Below, piece by piece: positions 38,596 through 48,326 of a DNA stretch of 64,000 nucleotides (positions are counted from its first letter, which is position 1; each line of letters begins with the position of its first letter). The DNA lies in assembly GCA_022072125.1 (NCBI GenBank), contig JAJVIH010000018.1:27868-91867 (forward strand), given 5' to 3'. A program made the translations under genes and the position numbers. The notes beneath the pieces are model-generated. The model had not been told where the DNA came from, made no database searches, and saw only the letters and a program-made list of their open reading frames with translations. The DNA comes from Myxococcota bacterium (GTDB taxonomy: Bacteria; Myxococcota; JAJVIH01).

Positions 38596-40416
38596 ATGCC
38601 TGCCAGCCCGGTGGTCAATTACAATACGGAATTTCTCTGTGAGCTTCTGATCCGCCAGCGGTTATTGACGGAGCAGCAACGCAAGGAAGTCTTCACCCAC
38701 GAAGCGCAGATGCGCGCCAAAATCATGCGAGCCCGCCAAGGGACCAGCCGCGGCAGGCGCTCCGCCGCCCCCATGATCAACATCAGCCCGGTGGAGATCA
38801 TCGCCGCGTTCAATTTCCCGATGCCCGATAACCCCAACCGCACCATCACCGAAGATCGCATCATGGAGGCGATCGCCCGCGAGGAGCGCATCCCCTACCA
38901 GAAGCTGGACTCGTTGCGGCTCGACAACAAGGCGGTGACCGGGGCGCTGTCCGGCAAGTTCTGCCGCCGCCATACCCTGATACCGGTCGCGGTGACCGAT
39001 CAGGAACTGACGCTGGCGGTCAGCAACCCTTTCGATACCGCCGCGCTGGAGGAAGTCCGCCGGTCGTCTGGAAAGGCCATCCGCTACATCCTCTCCTCGC
39101 CCACGGACATCAACCGGATCATCAACGACTTCTTTGGATTCCAGCGCAGCGTGAAGGGCGCCGAACTGCGCATGAAGGAGGGTCCGGACCTCGGCAATCT
39201 GGAGCAGTACATCAAAATCAAGGGCGTCGAGGAGATTGACCCGACCGAAAAGCCCATCGTCAGTCTGGTGGAGTATATGTTCCACTTCGCCTTTGATCAG
39301 GGCGCCAGCGACATCCATATCGAGCCCAAGCGCGAACACAGCGAATTGCGCATGCGCATTGACGGCATTCTGCACACGGTCAACAAATTCAACCGCGTCA
39401 TTCATCCCGCCGTGGTCGGGCGCATCAAGACCATGGCGCGTCTGGACATCGCGGAAAAACGCAAGCCGCAGGATGGCCGCATCAAGGTCGCGCGGGGCGA
39501 CCGCGAGGTCGAGTTGCGTATTTCCACGCTGCCGGTGGCCTTTGGCGAAAAGGTGGTCATCCGCGTGTTTGATCCGGAGATTCTGATCCAGGATTTCGAC
39601 AAGCTGGGATTCTTCCCGCGCGAACGGGAGATTTACGAAACCTGGCTGAACCAGCCCAACGGCCTGATCCTGGTCACCGGCCCCACCGGATCGGGTAAAA
39701 CCACCACGCTGTATTCCTCGTTGCGGCTGGTGGCCACGCCGGATGTCAACGTCACCACCATCGAAGACCCCATCGAAATGGTGTGCGAGGAGTTCAACCA
39801 GACCGCCGTCAACCCCAAGATCGGTCTGACCTTTTCCGCCGCCCTGCGCAATATCCTGCGTCAGGATCCGGATATCATCATGGTGGGCGAAGTGCGCGAC
39901 CCCGAAACCGCCGAGAACGCCGTGCAGTCGGCGTTGACCGGCCACCTGGTGCTGGCCACCCTGCACACCAACGACACCCCCAGCGCCATCTCGCGCATGA
40001 CCGAACTGGGGGTGAAGCCCTTTCTTCTCGCCTCGGTGTTGCGCGGGGTGATGGCCCAGCGCCTGGTTCGCCGCATCTGCATGGAATGCATCACCGACGG
40101 CGTGTTGACGGAAGAGCAGATCACCTCGCTGGACATCCAGATTCCGGAAGGCATGCCGCGCGAATTGCCGGTGAAATTCGGCGAGGGCTGCCCGGAGTGC
40201 CGGTTCACGGGTTACCGGGGCCGTACGGCGATTGTCGAGGTCATGCCGATCAGCCACAAGGTCCGGAAAATGATCAACGACAATATTGACGCCAAGGAAA
40301 TCATGAAGGTGGCGCGCGCCGACGGCATGATGACGCTGCGCGAATGCGCCATCAAGAAGCTGGCGCATGGCGTGACCACTTTCGAGGAGGTGTTCCGCGT
40401 CACCGCGGATTCATAG
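38596..40416 (+). CDS. GspE/PulE/PilB-family secretion ATPase
   Basis: 'ASDIHIEP', Walker A 'GPTGSGKTTT', 'EDPIE', 'LRQDPDIIMVGEVRD', His box 'TGHLV..TLH', CxxC...CxxC. Confidence 0.92.
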   Translation: MPASPVVNYNTEFLCELLIRQRLLTEQQRKEVFTHEAQMRAKIMRARQGTSRGRRSAAPMINISPVEIIAAFNFPMPDNPNRTITEDRIMEAIAREERIPYQKLDSLRLDNKAVTGALSGKFCRRHTLIPVAVTDQELTLAVSNPFDTAALEEVRRSSGKAIRYILSSPTDINRIINDFFGFQRSVKGAELRMKEGPDLGNLEQYIKIKGVEEIDPTEKPIVSLVEYMFHFAFDQGASDIHIEPKREHSELRMRIDGILHTVNKFNRVIHPAVVGRIKTMARLDIAEKRKPQDGRIKVARGDREVELRISTLPVAFGEKVVIRVFDPEILIQDFDKLGFFPREREIYETWLNQPNGLILVTGPTGSGKTTTLYSSLRLVATPDVNVTTIEDPIEMVCEEFNQTAVNPKIGLTFSAALRNILRQDPDIIMVGEVRDPETAENAVQSALTGHLVLATLHTNDTPSAISRMTELGVKPFLLASVLRGVMAQRLVRRICMECITDGVLTEEQITSLDIQIPEGMPRELPVKFGEGCPECRFTGYRGRTAIVEVMPISHKVRKMINDNIDAKEIMKVARADGMMTLRECAIKKLAHGVTTFEEVFRVTADS

Positions 40417-40434
40417 GCCGGTTGCGGGCGGCCG

Positions 40435-41460
40435 TTAACCCAGCATCTTGTGCTGGACCATGTATTCGGCGATCTGCACCGCGTTCAGCGCCGCGCCCTT
40501 GAGCAGGTTGTCAGCGACGATCCACAGGTTCAGGCCGCTGTGGACGGTTTTGTCCTGGCGGATGCGGCCCACCAGCACCTCCCATTTCCCGGCGCTTTCG
40601 GTGGCCAGGGGATAGGCCTTGGACGGCGGATCATCCATCAATTTCACGCCCGGCGCGGCGGAGAGAATGTCGCGCGCCTCCTCGGCGCTCACCGGATATT
40701 CAAACTCCACGTTCACCGATTCGGAATGCCCGTAGAATACGGGAATGCGCACGCAGGTGGCGCTGACCTTGATATGCTCATCCCCCATGATCTTGCGGGT
40801 CTCGTTCATCATCTTGTGTTCCTCGCCGGTGTAACCGTCGTCCTTGAACACATCAATGTGGGGGATGGCGTTGAAGGCGATGGGATGCGGCATGTGGCGC
40901 GGCGTGGGGGCCTTGCCCTTGACGATCTCGTCAATCTGTCCGCTCAGTTCGTCAATGCCTTTCTGTCCGGCGCCCGACACGGACTGGTAGGTGGAAACCA
41001 CCACGCGCCTGATCTTGCCGTGCTTGTGGAGCGGCTGCAACACCACCACCATCTGGATGGTCGAGCAGTTGGGGTTCGCGATGACGCCGGTTTTACGGAA
41101 CTGGGCGATTTTGTCCGGATTGACCTCGGGCACGACCAGCGGAACATCCGGGTCCATGCGGAACGCCGACGAGTTGTCAATGGACGGACAACCGTGCTTC
41201 CATGCCAGTGGGCAAAACTCCTTCGACACGGACGAGCCGGCGGAGAACAGCGCCACGTCCACGCCCTTGAAGGCGTCCCCGGTGAGTTTCTGGACGGGAA
41301 TGTCCTCCCCGCGAAACCGCACGCTCTTGCCCACGGATTTTTCCGACGCGAGCGGAACCAGCCTGCCCACGGGAAACTCCCGGCGTTCGAGGGTTTCAAT
41401 CATCCGGCGCCCGACCGCGCCGGTGGCGCCCGCGACAGCAACGACAAAACGCTTGCTCAT
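40435..41460 (-). CDS. asd: Aspartate-semialdehyde dehydrogenase
   Basis: 'GATGAVG', 'IDNSSAFRM', 'ANPNCST', 'STYQSVSGAG', 'DNLLKGAA'. Confidence 0.95.
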   Translation of the reverse strand: MSKRFVVAVAGATGAVGRRMIETLERREFPVGRLVPLASEKSVGKSVRFRGEDIPVQKLTGDAFKGVDVALFSAGSSVSKEFCPLAWKHGCPSIDNSSAFRMDPDVPLVVPEVNPDKIAQFRKTGVIANPNCSTIQMVVVLQPLHKHGKIRRVVVSTYQSVSGAGQKGIDELSGQIDEIVKGKAPTPRHMPHPIAFNAIPHIDVFKDDGYTGEEHKMMNETRKIMGDEHIKVSATCVRIPVFYGHSESVNVEFEYPVSAEEARDILSAAPGVKLMDDPPSKAYPLATESAGKWEVLVGRIRQDKTVHSGLNLWIVADNLLKGAALNAVQIAEYMVQHKMLG

Positions 41461-41501
41461 GGTGATTCTCCCGCCCCGCCGTGGGGCTCAAACCGGCGGG
41501 A

Positions 41502-41530
41502 GACATAGGACCATCGGGCGGTCCGGTCAA
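41502..41530 (-). promoter_or_regulatory. Candidate sigma-70 promoter of asd
   Basis: Minus strand TTGACC-N17-TATGTC. Confidence 0.35.
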
Positions 41531-41633
41531 GCGGAAATCATGGCGGGGGGGACTTCAATCCCTCCGTGGATATCTCCATTGCTCTTGATGGGGTTCTGTG
41601 CCATCACTCCATCCATCAACCGGATGGGAAACC

Positions 41634-42683
41634 ATGGCTGAAATGCTGAATCCGCTGGCGGATGCGGTGCGCGCCCACCTGAAACGGGAAACCGGCGGGG
41701 CCGTGACCATTCACGCCCTGGGTAAACTGCCCGGCGGCGCCTGCCAGGACAACTGGAAACTCGACGCGGAATTCAGCGCGGGCGAACTGCAAGGCCGCCG
41801 CCGGCTGGTGTTGCGCGCGGACGCCCGCCAGTCCCTGCCCGGCAGCATCTCCCGCGCGGACGAATTTCAGGTCATCCGCGCGGCGCGGGCCGCCGGCGTC
41901 GCCACTCCCGCAGCCCGCTTTCCAGCCCAGGACCTGACCCGTCCCGGCGCAACCTCGTATTTTCTCGACTGGGTGGAAGGTGAAGCCATTGGGCGCCGGG
42001 TGGTCCGCAACCCGGAACTGGAGAACGCCCGCGCCAGGCTGCCCGTTCAACTCGCGGAAAATCTGGCGCGCCTGCATTCGATCACGCCCGCTTCCGCGCC
42101 AGAAGTGGGTTTCGCCAGCCGGGGCGGAGAACGCGCGCCCCCCGATCCGGTTGCGGACATCATGGAGTTTCTGCGCCGCATGCTCGACGAGATGAAGGAA
42201 GTCCACCCCGGGCTCGAACTGGCCGCGCGCTGGCTGGAGGATCACCCGCCGGAGAACCGCGAGGTCACGCTGGTCCACGGAGATTTCCGCACCGGCAATT
42301 TCATGGTCACGCCAGACGGTTTGTCAGCCATTCTCGACTGGGAATTTTCCCGCTTTGGCAACCCCTGCGAGGACTTGGCGTGGATCTGCGTGCGCGACTG
42401 GCGCTTCAACCGGCTCAACCTGCCGGTGGGCGGATTCAGCCGCCGTGAGCCCTTTCTGGAAGCCTACGCCCGGGCCAGCGGCCGCCATCCTTCCACCCAT
42501 GATCTCTTGTGGTGGGAGGTGCTGGGCAATGTGCGCTGGGCGGCTGGCAGCGTGTACCAGGGCGAGCGGTTCCTTTCGGGCGAGGAGAACGACATCGAAT
42601 ATATCGCCATCGCCCGCCGCGCGGTCGAGATGGAATGGGAAGCGTTGCGCCTGATTGAAAACGCCCAGGGCGCCGGAGGTTGA
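41634..42683 (+). CDS. APH/choline-kinase-like phosphotransferase (ACAD10/11 N-terminal type)
   Basis: 'LVLR', 'LARLH', 'LVHGDFRTGN', 'ILDWE', 'G.P.EDLAW'. Confidence 0.88.
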   Translation: MAEMLNPLADAVRAHLKRETGGAVTIHALGKLPGGACQDNWKLDAEFSAGELQGRRRLVLRADARQSLPGSISRADEFQVIRAARAAGVATPAARFPAQDLTRPGATSYFLDWVEGEAIGRRVVRNPELENARARLPVQLAENLARLHSITPASAPEVGFASRGGERAPPDPVADIMEFLRRMLDEMKEVHPGLELAARWLEDHPPENREVTLVHGDFRTGNFMVTPDGLSAILDWEFSRFGNPCEDLAWICVRDWRFNRLNLPVGGFSRREPFLEAYARASGRHPSTHDLLWWEVLGNVRWAAGSVYQGERFLSGEENDIEYIAIARRAVEMEWEALRLIENAQGAGG

Positions 42684-42684
42684 T

Positions 42685-43092
42685 ATGCAGGATCGTCCCT
42701 CACCCGATGTATTGCTGGAAGCGGTCGCGGGTTTTCTCGCGGGCGATGTTCAGGCGGCGATCACGGACAAGGGCCTCCAGTTCCGCGTGCTGATCGCCGC
42801 CAACCTGGCGGGCGTCGTCGCGCGGGAAATCCGCGAGATGGAGCCGCAGAGCCAGGCGGAAGCCGCGCGCCTGATGAAGCTGTTGGGCCGCGAGGGCGGA
42901 CCGCCCGCGGAACTGGGCGAACGCATCGGGGCCATCCGCGAGATGAACGGCGAACTGGCGCGGCTGATTCGCGGGCGCGGCCTGAACGCGGACCAACTGC
43001 GCGAAGCCATGGCGCACTGCAAGCAAACCTTGCAGGAGAAGTTGGAAGTGGCCAACCCGCGCTTTGACCTCAACCAACAGATTGAGCAGTAA
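42685..43092 (+). CDS. DUF6285-like protein
   Basis: 'MQDRP...LLEAV..FL', 'RV..AANL...V.RE', 'KLEVANP'; GGAGG RBS; usual partner of the upstream phosphotransferase. Confidence 0.7.
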   Translation: MQDRPSPDVLLEAVAGFLAGDVQAAITDKGLQFRVLIAANLAGVVAREIREMEPQSQAEAARLMKLLGREGGPPAELGERIGAIREMNGELARLIRGRGLNADQLREAMAHCKQTLQEKLEVANPRFDLNQQIEQ

Positions 43093-45289
43093 CCAGGCCT
43101 GACAGCGCCTCGCGTTGCCAGTTCTTGAGTTCATCCATGCTCAGGGCCTCGTAGGCTTCCTCCAGCGAGATGTCCCCATTCATGGCCTTGCCCAGGGCGT
43201 CCGCCACCAGCGAACGGTTGGGGCTGGTTTCGATGGCGTCGAAGGCCTCAAGCTGTTTGGCCTGCCTGGCCTGTTCGCGGCGGCGATCATAAGCGGGAGC
43301 CCACAGCTCGAAGAGGCTGATGCGCCCGCGCGAGCCCCGGAAATTGCAGCGTTCGCATCCCGCGCCGCGCCAGAACCGCGCCTCCGGCGGAGCGCCGCGC
43401 GGAAAGAACTCCTTCACCATGGCGGGATCGGGCGAGATCTGCGTTTTGCACCCGGGACACAACCTTCGCACCAGCCGCTGGCTGATCACGAACAGCAGGG
43501 AATCGGCGATCAGGCTGCGCATGCCGCCCATGTCTTCAAGCCGGTTGACCACGCCGCGCGCGTTGTTGACATGCAGCGAACTCAACACCAGGTGACCGGT
43601 CATGGCGGCTCGAAGAGCGGTTTGCGTGGTGGGTTCGTCGCGGATCTCGCCGACCAGGATGACATCTGGATCCTGCCGCAGGAAGGCGCGCAGGAACACA
43701 TCGAAGCTATTGCCAATGGCGGGATTCACCATGCTCTGCTGGATGCCGTCCACGTAGCGTTCAATCGGGTCCTCCGCGGTCATGATTTTCATTTCACGGG
43801 CCAGCAGATGCTGGAGCAGGGAATAAAGCGTGGTGGTTTTTCCGGAGCCGGTGGGTCCGGTGACCAGGATCAGGCCGTGGGGACTGTCGAGCAGGCGCAA
43901 CAGGTACGCCAGGCCGGCCGGGTCAATGCCCAAATCGCCCACCTGCAGCATCGCCGCCGCTGGATCCTGGATGCGCAGCGCCGCGTTTTCCCCCCATGCG
44001 GTGGGCTGGATGGAGACGCGGATTTCCCGTTCCCGCCCCATCAGTTTCTCGCGCATGCCGCCATCCTGCGGACGCCGCCGCTCGCTGATGTCCAGGTCCG
44101 ACTGAATCTTGATGGCGTTCATGAGCGGCCGCACCGTCGCCGGATTGAGCCGCGACGTGTTGAAGCGCGTCATGCGGCCATCCACCCGGAAGCGCAGGTC
44201 CACGTGGTGCTGAAAACTTTCGATGTGGATATCGCTGGCGCGCTGTTCGACCGCGGCGGACAGGATGGAGCGGAACATCGCGGGACCGCTGATGGCGTCA
44301 TCGCCCAAACGCTCGGCCAATGCATCGGGGAGCGGCAGTCCCGCGGAAATGGCGGCGCGGCATTCGGGGGCCAGGGGGCCGTACAGCGCCTCGGTAAGCA
44401 GACGGATATTGTACGGCGTGGTGATCACTGGAATGGCGAGACGCGCCCCGGCCATCTGTTTGACAAAATCCAGCGACTGGATATCCGGCATGCGTGAAAA
44501 AGCCGTGAACAACAGATCGCCGGTGAGACGCAGGGGAATGAAACCGTCAAACTGCCCGCTTCGCCGTTCAAACACCGGGCATAAGGACGTATCCGCCAGC
44601 GCCAGCAACTCGCTCAGCCAGACGTGAGGGGAGTTGGTCCAGGCGCAGGCCCACTCCATGACGGCCTGATCCTGCAGAAAGCGCCGGGTGGCGAAATCAA
44701 TCCACAGGTTGAGGTTCTGCAGGTTGTCATGGGTGATGGGCTCGCCAATCGCCCGCATGATTTCGGAACGCTGGGCGGCGGTCAGGGCGCCCCGGCGCAC
44801 CAGATAATCGGACAGCGCGGCGTTGCGCGGATGAACCTGCGCGCGCAGTTCTTCCAGACGCCTGACCGCTTCGGTGAAACGGCTGATGGTTTGCAACACC
44901 ACCGGCTGGGTGCGGACGCCATCGCCGGATTCGATGGGGCCGCCGGAAAATCCGGGTTTCGCCACGCCGAAAACCTGGTGTTCAAAAACCGAAACCGGCA
45001 AAAAGCCCCCGGCGGTCCAGGATTCCAGACCGCCGGGCGGCGCGGGATCGATCTCCACGAACAAATCGTTCCATGATAGCCCGAATACTCCCTTGGCGAT
45101 GCATACCGCGCGGCTCAGCTTGCCGGGCGTGACCGCGGGCAGTTGTTGCGCGGCCAGCGGCAGGTTGACCCCCGCCTGCCGGAGCGTCAGCAGATTTTCC
45201 CGTTCGTCCGGGGTGATGGCGCCCTGCGCAAGCAGAAACTCCACAAAGACCCAATCAAATTCATCATGAGACCGCTCTGGGATCAGCAT
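43070..45289 (-). CDS. GspE/PulE-family ATPase, second paralog with long N-terminus
   Basis: 'ASDIHIE', 'GPTGSGKTTT', 'EDPIE', 'LRQDPDVILVGEIRD', 'TGHLVLSSLH', CxxC...CxxC. Confidence 0.88.
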   Translation of the reverse strand: MLIPERSHDEFDWVFVEFLLAQGAITPDERENLLTLRQAGVNLPLAAQQLPAVTPGKLSRAVCIAKGVFGLSWNDLFVEIDPAPPGGLESWTAGGFLPVSVFEHQVFGVAKPGFSGGPIESGDGVRTQPVVLQTISRFTEAVRRLEELRAQVHPRNAALSDYLVRRGALTAAQRSEIMRAIGEPITHDNLQNLNLWIDFATRRFLQDQAVMEWACAWTNSPHVWLSELLALADTSLCPVFERRSGQFDGFIPLRLTGDLLFTAFSRMPDIQSLDFVKQMAGARLAIPVITTPYNIRLLTEALYGPLAPECRAAISAGLPLPDALAERLGDDAISGPAMFRSILSAAVEQRASDIHIESFQHHVDLRFRVDGRMTRFNTSRLNPATVRPLMNAIKIQSDLDISERRRPQDGGMREKLMGREREIRVSIQPTAWGENAALRIQDPAAAMLQVGDLGIDPAGLAYLLRLLDSPHGLILVTGPTGSGKTTTLYSLLQHLLAREMKIMTAEDPIERYVDGIQQSMVNPAIGNSFDVFLRAFLRQDPDVILVGEIRDEPTTQTALRAAMTGHLVLSSLHVNNARGVVNRLEDMGGMRSLIADSLLFVISQRLVRRLCPGCKTQISPDPAMVKEFFPRGAPPEARFWRGAGCERCNFRGSRGRISLFELWAPAYDRRREQARQAKQLEAFDAIETSPNRSLVADALGKAMNGDISLEEAYEALSMDELKNWQREALSGLVTAQSVG

Positions 45290-45324
45290 GGACGCCTCTG
45301 TGGTGCGGGGGGCCGTATCGCGGT

Positions 45325-46065
45325 TCAGTAAGGTTTTTCGCCCACGTAATTGCCGGGAGGAGCGTAGTTGCAGACGGCGTACCAGCGCCCGCTGCGAAAG
45401 CCTTCCAGGCCATTGGGGCATTCGACCATCACACAGCCCACTTCCGTGGTGTCACGCCACACCACCTGCGTATAATGGCCGCATTGCGCTCCCGCGCGGC
45501 ATTTGAGGGCATGATAATCGTAGTCCTTCACCTCTTCCGCCCACAGGGTCACCACGCGGGTGGGAGTCACCCTTTGGGTTCCGGCATACAGATTTTCGCC
45601 CGACTGCACCCCTGCCGGAGACATGGTGTTGGGGTTGTGTTTCCATTTGCACTCCCTTCCCCACGCCAGCGCCTTGGCTTCCATGTCCTTCGACCAGCGC
45701 AGCGGCCCGAGGGGGGGATTGGCGGGAGGATTGGGGCGATCCCGCCGCGCGGCGTTGTGGGCGTCAATCCATTCCTGCTGCTCCGGCGTCAGGCCCGGCG
45801 TGGGCGGATTTCCGGAGTCCGGGGCCGCCGTATCTGGAACACCGGTGTCCGGGCTCCCCGCATCGGCTGGCGGAACACCGGAATCCCTTCCTCCCGGATT
45901 GACCGGCGGCCCCGCCAAATCCGTCAGGCCGCTGTCGCCTGCTCCGCCATCCGCGCCGGTTGAACCGGCGCCGGTGAATCCGCCTTTGGCGGGCGTGTCT
46001 TCTCCGCCGCACGCCACGAATACGGGAACGGAAACGGCGAATAACAACAGGGAGATGCGGCGCAT
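45325..46065 (-). CDS. CAP (SCP/PR-1) domain lipoprotein
   Basis: Lipobox 'FVAC', 'HNAAR', 'GENLY', 'GHYTQVVW', 'VGC', 'CNY.PPGN'; GGAGG RBS. Confidence 0.9.
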   Translation of the reverse strand: MRRISLLLFAVSVPVFVACGGEDTPAKGGFTGAGSTGADGGAGDSGLTDLAGPPVNPGGRDSGVPPADAGSPDTGVPDTAAPDSGNPPTPGLTPEQQEWIDAHNAARRDRPNPPANPPLGPLRWSKDMEAKALAWGRECKWKHNPNTMSPAGVQSGENLYAGTQRVTPTRVVTLWAEEVKDYDYHALKCRAGAQCGHYTQVVWRDTTEVGCVMVECPNGLEGFRSGRWYAVCNYAPPGNYVGEKPY

Positions 46066-46304
46066 GAAAACCTCCGTCAGCACAGTCGCCCGGGCATGTC
46101 TGGAGCCCGCATTCAACCAGTCTGGCGAATTTCCGCAAGTGGAATTGAAGCAGGACGCTTCCGGACCTGCCTCATGGGCCTGCAAGGCGAGCACCATGCA
46201 AATCAATCCCACCCTCGCCTCCGCCGCCCGCGGCGCGGAGAAACCATCGCGCGCCGGGAGAGAAGCCGGCGGCGACAACATCACCAACCCGGCTGGAAAT
46301 ATGT

Positions 46305-47306
46305 CTACCCGGACGGGCGCACGGCGTTGACGAGGGGACGCTGTTCCTCGAACGCGGTCAGGTTATCCAGCGTGACGGATGCGATATTGTGCAACGCTTC
46401 GCGCGTCAGGAACGCCTGATGGGCCGTGACAATCACATTGGGAAAGGTGAGCAACCGCGCCAGCACGTCATCCTGCAACACGGTATTGGAAAGGTCCTCG
46501 AAGAACACCCCTTCCTCTTCCTCATAGACATCGAGACCAGCCGCGCCGATGCGCCGGGTTTTGAGGGCGCGAATCAGCGCCATGCTGTCAATCAGCGCGC
46601 CGCGTCCCGTGTTGATGATGTACACGCCGGGCTTCATGCGGGAGATCGCGGCGTCGTCAATCATATGGCGGGTGGACGGCGTCAGCGGCACGTGCAGGCT
46701 GATGATATCCGACTCCGCATATACCTCATGCAACCCGGCCTGCCGGAATCCGGGCGCGCCAGCCAGTCCGGTGTGGGGGACCAGATCGTATCCCAGCACG
46801 CGGCAGCCGAACCCCAGAAAGATGCGCGCCGCCGCCTGGCCTATGCGTCCCAGTCCGATCACCCCCGCGGTTTTGCCATGCAGATCAAACCCAGCCAGTC
46901 CGTCCAGCGAGAAATTGCCCTCGCGCACCCGCGCGTGGGCGCGGTGAATATGCCGGTTCAGCGCCAGCACCAGCGCCACCGCGTGTTCCGCCACGGCGTA
47001 AGGGGAATATTCGGGTACGCGCAGAACGGGAACAGCCAGGCGGGCGGCCGCCCGGAGGTCCACATGGTTGAAACCGGCGGAGCGCAACAGCAATACCCGC
47101 GTGCCGCCTGCGTGCAGCTCTTCGAGCACCCGGTCGTCCACCCGGTCGCTGACGAAGGAGCAAACCGCCGGGTATCCCCCGGCAAGGGCCGCGGTTTCGG
47201 GCGTCAACCGCGGCTCCAGGTAGGTAATTTCATGCCGCCCGCTGGCGTTCGCCGCATCAAACGCTTCCCGGTCATACCGCCGGGAATCAAACATCACCAT
47301 GCGCAT
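46305..47306 (-). CDS. ldhA: D-lactate dehydrogenase (D-2-hydroxyacid dehydrogenase)
   Basis: 'LRSAGFNHVD', 'RVPEYSPYAVAEH', 'GLGRIG', 'INTGRG', 'DVYEEE', 'TAHQAFLT'. Confidence 0.9.
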   Translation of the reverse strand: MRMVMFDSRRYDREAFDAANASGRHEITYLEPRLTPETAALAGGYPAVCSFVSDRVDDRVLEELHAGGTRVLLLRSAGFNHVDLRAAARLAVPVLRVPEYSPYAVAEHAVALVLALNRHIHRAHARVREGNFSLDGLAGFDLHGKTAGVIGLGRIGQAAARIFLGFGCRVLGYDLVPHTGLAGAPGFRQAGLHEVYAESDIISLHVPLTPSTRHMIDDAAISRMKPGVYIINTGRGALIDSMALIRALKTRRIGAAGLDVYEEEEGVFFEDLSNTVLQDDVLARLLTFPNVIVTAHQAFLTREALHNIASVTLDNLTAFEEQRPLVNAVRPSG

Positions 47307-47365
47307 GACGTTGGACCTTTGTGTGGATCAGGATCGGGGCGCGGCAAACCGTATCCGTTTCTTGC

Positions 47366-47396
47366 AAAAAAAATCAGCCGGCCTGACACGGCCGGC
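47366..47396 (-). terminator. Probable terminator after the cobA/hemD-SirB1 operon
   Basis: gccggcc/ggccggc stem followed by T8 on the minus strand. Confidence 0.5.
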
Positions 47397-47450
47397 GGCC
47401 ATCCCGCGGCGCGGGCGGGTTTCATGTCATCAACAGGCATCAAGCCGTCC

Positions 47451-48305
47451 TCAGTTCACGCCGCCGAATCCTTCCGTGGGGGCCAGCAAGGCCAGCACCT
47501 CCCGGGTCTCCTCTTCATCATCGTGACGGGCGGCCCAGGCCATCAGGTCCTCGCGGGCCCTGGTCATCCGGCCCATGCGCAGGTTAAGCAGGCCCCGGGT
47601 CTTGCGCTCGCAGAGATCATCCGGGTTGAGCAGCAACAGGCGATCCAGCACATCCATCATGCGCGGGTAATCCGAACGGCTGAAGTAGATGGTCTTCAGG
47701 TTGTTGAGCATGCGCGCCACGGTCGCCTGGTTCGAGGCGCGCCGCCGCCAGACATTCAGTTGTCCGGGTTCCTGACCGGCGTATTCCCGGATCATCTCCC
47801 GGCAGTCCCTGTCGGTAACCAGTTTGCCGCCGTTGAAGACATCCACGTATAGCGGATCGGTCTCGCCCACCGCCGCGAGAAAATGCGAGGGGAAATTGAT
47901 CCCGTGCACCGGAAAACCCGCCCTGCGGGCCACTTCGGCGTAGATCACCGTCAGCGAAATCGGAATGCCCGTCCGGTTGTCAATGACCCGGTTCAGAAAA
48001 CTGTTCCCGGGGTTGTAATAATCCTCGTCATTTCCATGAAAGCCCCATTCCGTGAAAAACATGGGGTGATAAATCGAAACAAAATCCTCCGGATCATCCA
48101 CGCCATCGGACAGGGCCTCCTTCAGTTGATCCGCGAAGACATCCAGCAATTCGCTGTAGGGTTCGGCGTCGGCATTGGGAAATTCGATTTCGGCGACGGC
48201 GAACGCTGCTTCCCACAGGCAGGGCACGTCGCGGCGCATTCCGGCGTAGCGGCGGAAACGTTCGATGGGTGTTTCATTGGGCGTTGGCAGAGAGGCGTAT
48301 CCCAT
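47451..48305 (-). CDS. SirB1-family (transglutaminase-like + TPR) protein
   Basis: 'GF.GN..DYY.P.NSFL..V', 'GIPISL', 'FPSHFL', 'RMLNNLK'; start uncertain. Confidence 0.85.
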   Translation of the reverse strand: MGYASLPTPNETPIERFRRYAGMRRDVPCLWEAAFAVAEIEFPNADAEPYSELLDVFADQLKEALSDGVDDPEDFVSIYHPMFFTEWGFHGNDEDYYNPGNSFLNRVIDNRTGIPISLTVIYAEVARRAGFPVHGINFPSHFLAAVGETDPLYVDVFNGGKLVTDRDCREMIREYAGQEPGQLNVWRRRASNQATVARMLNNLKTIYFSRSDYPRMMDVLDRLLLLNPDDLCERKTRGLLNLRMGRMTRAREDLMAWAARHDDEEETREVLALLAPTEGFGGVN

Positions 48306-48326
48306 GACCGTTCCATTCAAGCGCGC

